Shown: positions 63,774 to 64,000 of the stretch, piece by piece
Position numbering within the stretch: position 1 is the stretch's first letter
How the letters are laid out: each line of letters opens with the position of its first letter
From: Actinomycetota bacterium
GTDB taxonomy: Bacteria; Actinomycetota; Acidimicrobiia; Acidimicrobiales; JAJPHD01
NCBI GenBank assembly: GCA_021325455.1
Contig: JAJPHD010000010.1
Coordinates: 257,248-321,247, forward strand
Length of the DNA: 64,000 bases
Direction: 5' to 3'
Notes under the pieces: generated by a model
Database searches by the model: none
Told to the model about the DNA's origin: nothing
What the model saw: the letters and a program-made list of their open reading frames with translations, nothing else
Translations under genes and position numbers: made by a program

Positions 63774-64000
63774 TCAGGCCTGGACCTCGGCCAGGACCTT
63801 GGAGGCGTGGCCATCCGCTCTCACGTTGTACCAGGCCCTGGCGATGCGGCCCTGCTCGTCCACGAGGAACGTGGACCTGATGACCCCGGTGGTGGTGCGG
63901 CCATACAGGGTCTTTTCCCCCCAGGCCCCGTAGCGTTCCATGGTCGCATGGCTCGGGTCCGACAGGAGCGGGAACGAGAGCCCGTACTTCTTGCGGAACT
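63774..64000 (-). CDS. bcp: thioredoxin-dependent peroxiredoxin (Bcp type), 5' part beyond the window
   Basis: The minus-strand translation reads ...FRKKYGLSFPLLSDPSHATMERYGAWGEKTLYGRTTTGVIRSTFLVDEQGRIARAW... Confidence 0.85.
   Translation of the reverse strand, partial: FRKKYGLSFPLLSDPSHATMERYGAWGEKTLYGRTTTGVIRSTFLVDEQGRIARAWYNVRADGHASKVLAEVQA

Overview
This is a very high-G+C chromosomal segment, well above 65% by eye. Actinobacterial hallmarks include mycothiol synthase MshD, a WhiB-type regulator, a 1673-aa NAD-glutamate dehydrogenase, a PknB-type Ser/Thr kinase, frequent GTG/TTG starts and many GTGA/ATGA start-stop overlaps. I call about 60 protein-coding genes, nearly all core metabolism or housekeeping:
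- Left part: partial fabF, a UbiB/ABC1 kinase, an aconitase-family enzyme, an atypical trp cluster (groES-like, trpE, ygfZ-like, trpC, trpF, trpB, trpA), corA, hisA, nth, mshD, a VIT1 transporter, pntAA-AB-B and rlmN.
- Middle: a PHA locus (MaoC/PhaJ-like, phaC with a coupled unknown partner, a phasin-like small gene, an XRE regulator), menG-menF, a kinase, mobA-fdhD, whiB, a glycosyltransferase/deacetylase pair, giant GDH and ppk1.
- Right part: two SEDS genes, pspA, aroE-mltG-ruvX-alaS, a radical-SAM gene, an AKR, a Cys/Met PLP enzyme, an M20 peptidase and partial bcp.
I saw no rRNA, tRNA, CRISPR array, transposase or prophage.
The most interesting observations are:
1. A pspA gene (PspA with a C-terminal extra domain) diverges from a four-gene operon. 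That operon encodes one unknown protein plus three paralogues, each with two YbjQ/UPF0145-like modules (six modules in total).
2. The radical-SAM ORF stops at a TGA inside a C-U-A-E-P motif with a downstream hairpin, so it is probably a selenoprotein that the ORF track truncates.
3. A GroES-family gene coupled to trpE ends in G-L-Y-L, which resembles the proteasome-docking GxYL/HbYX motif.
4. A frameshifted AbiEi/DUF559-type gene sits between low-GC, repeat-bearing boundaries.
5. phaC is translationally coupled to an unknown partner and faces a leaderless, strongly promoted phasin-like gene.
All homology calls come from motif recognition by eye. No database search was run.
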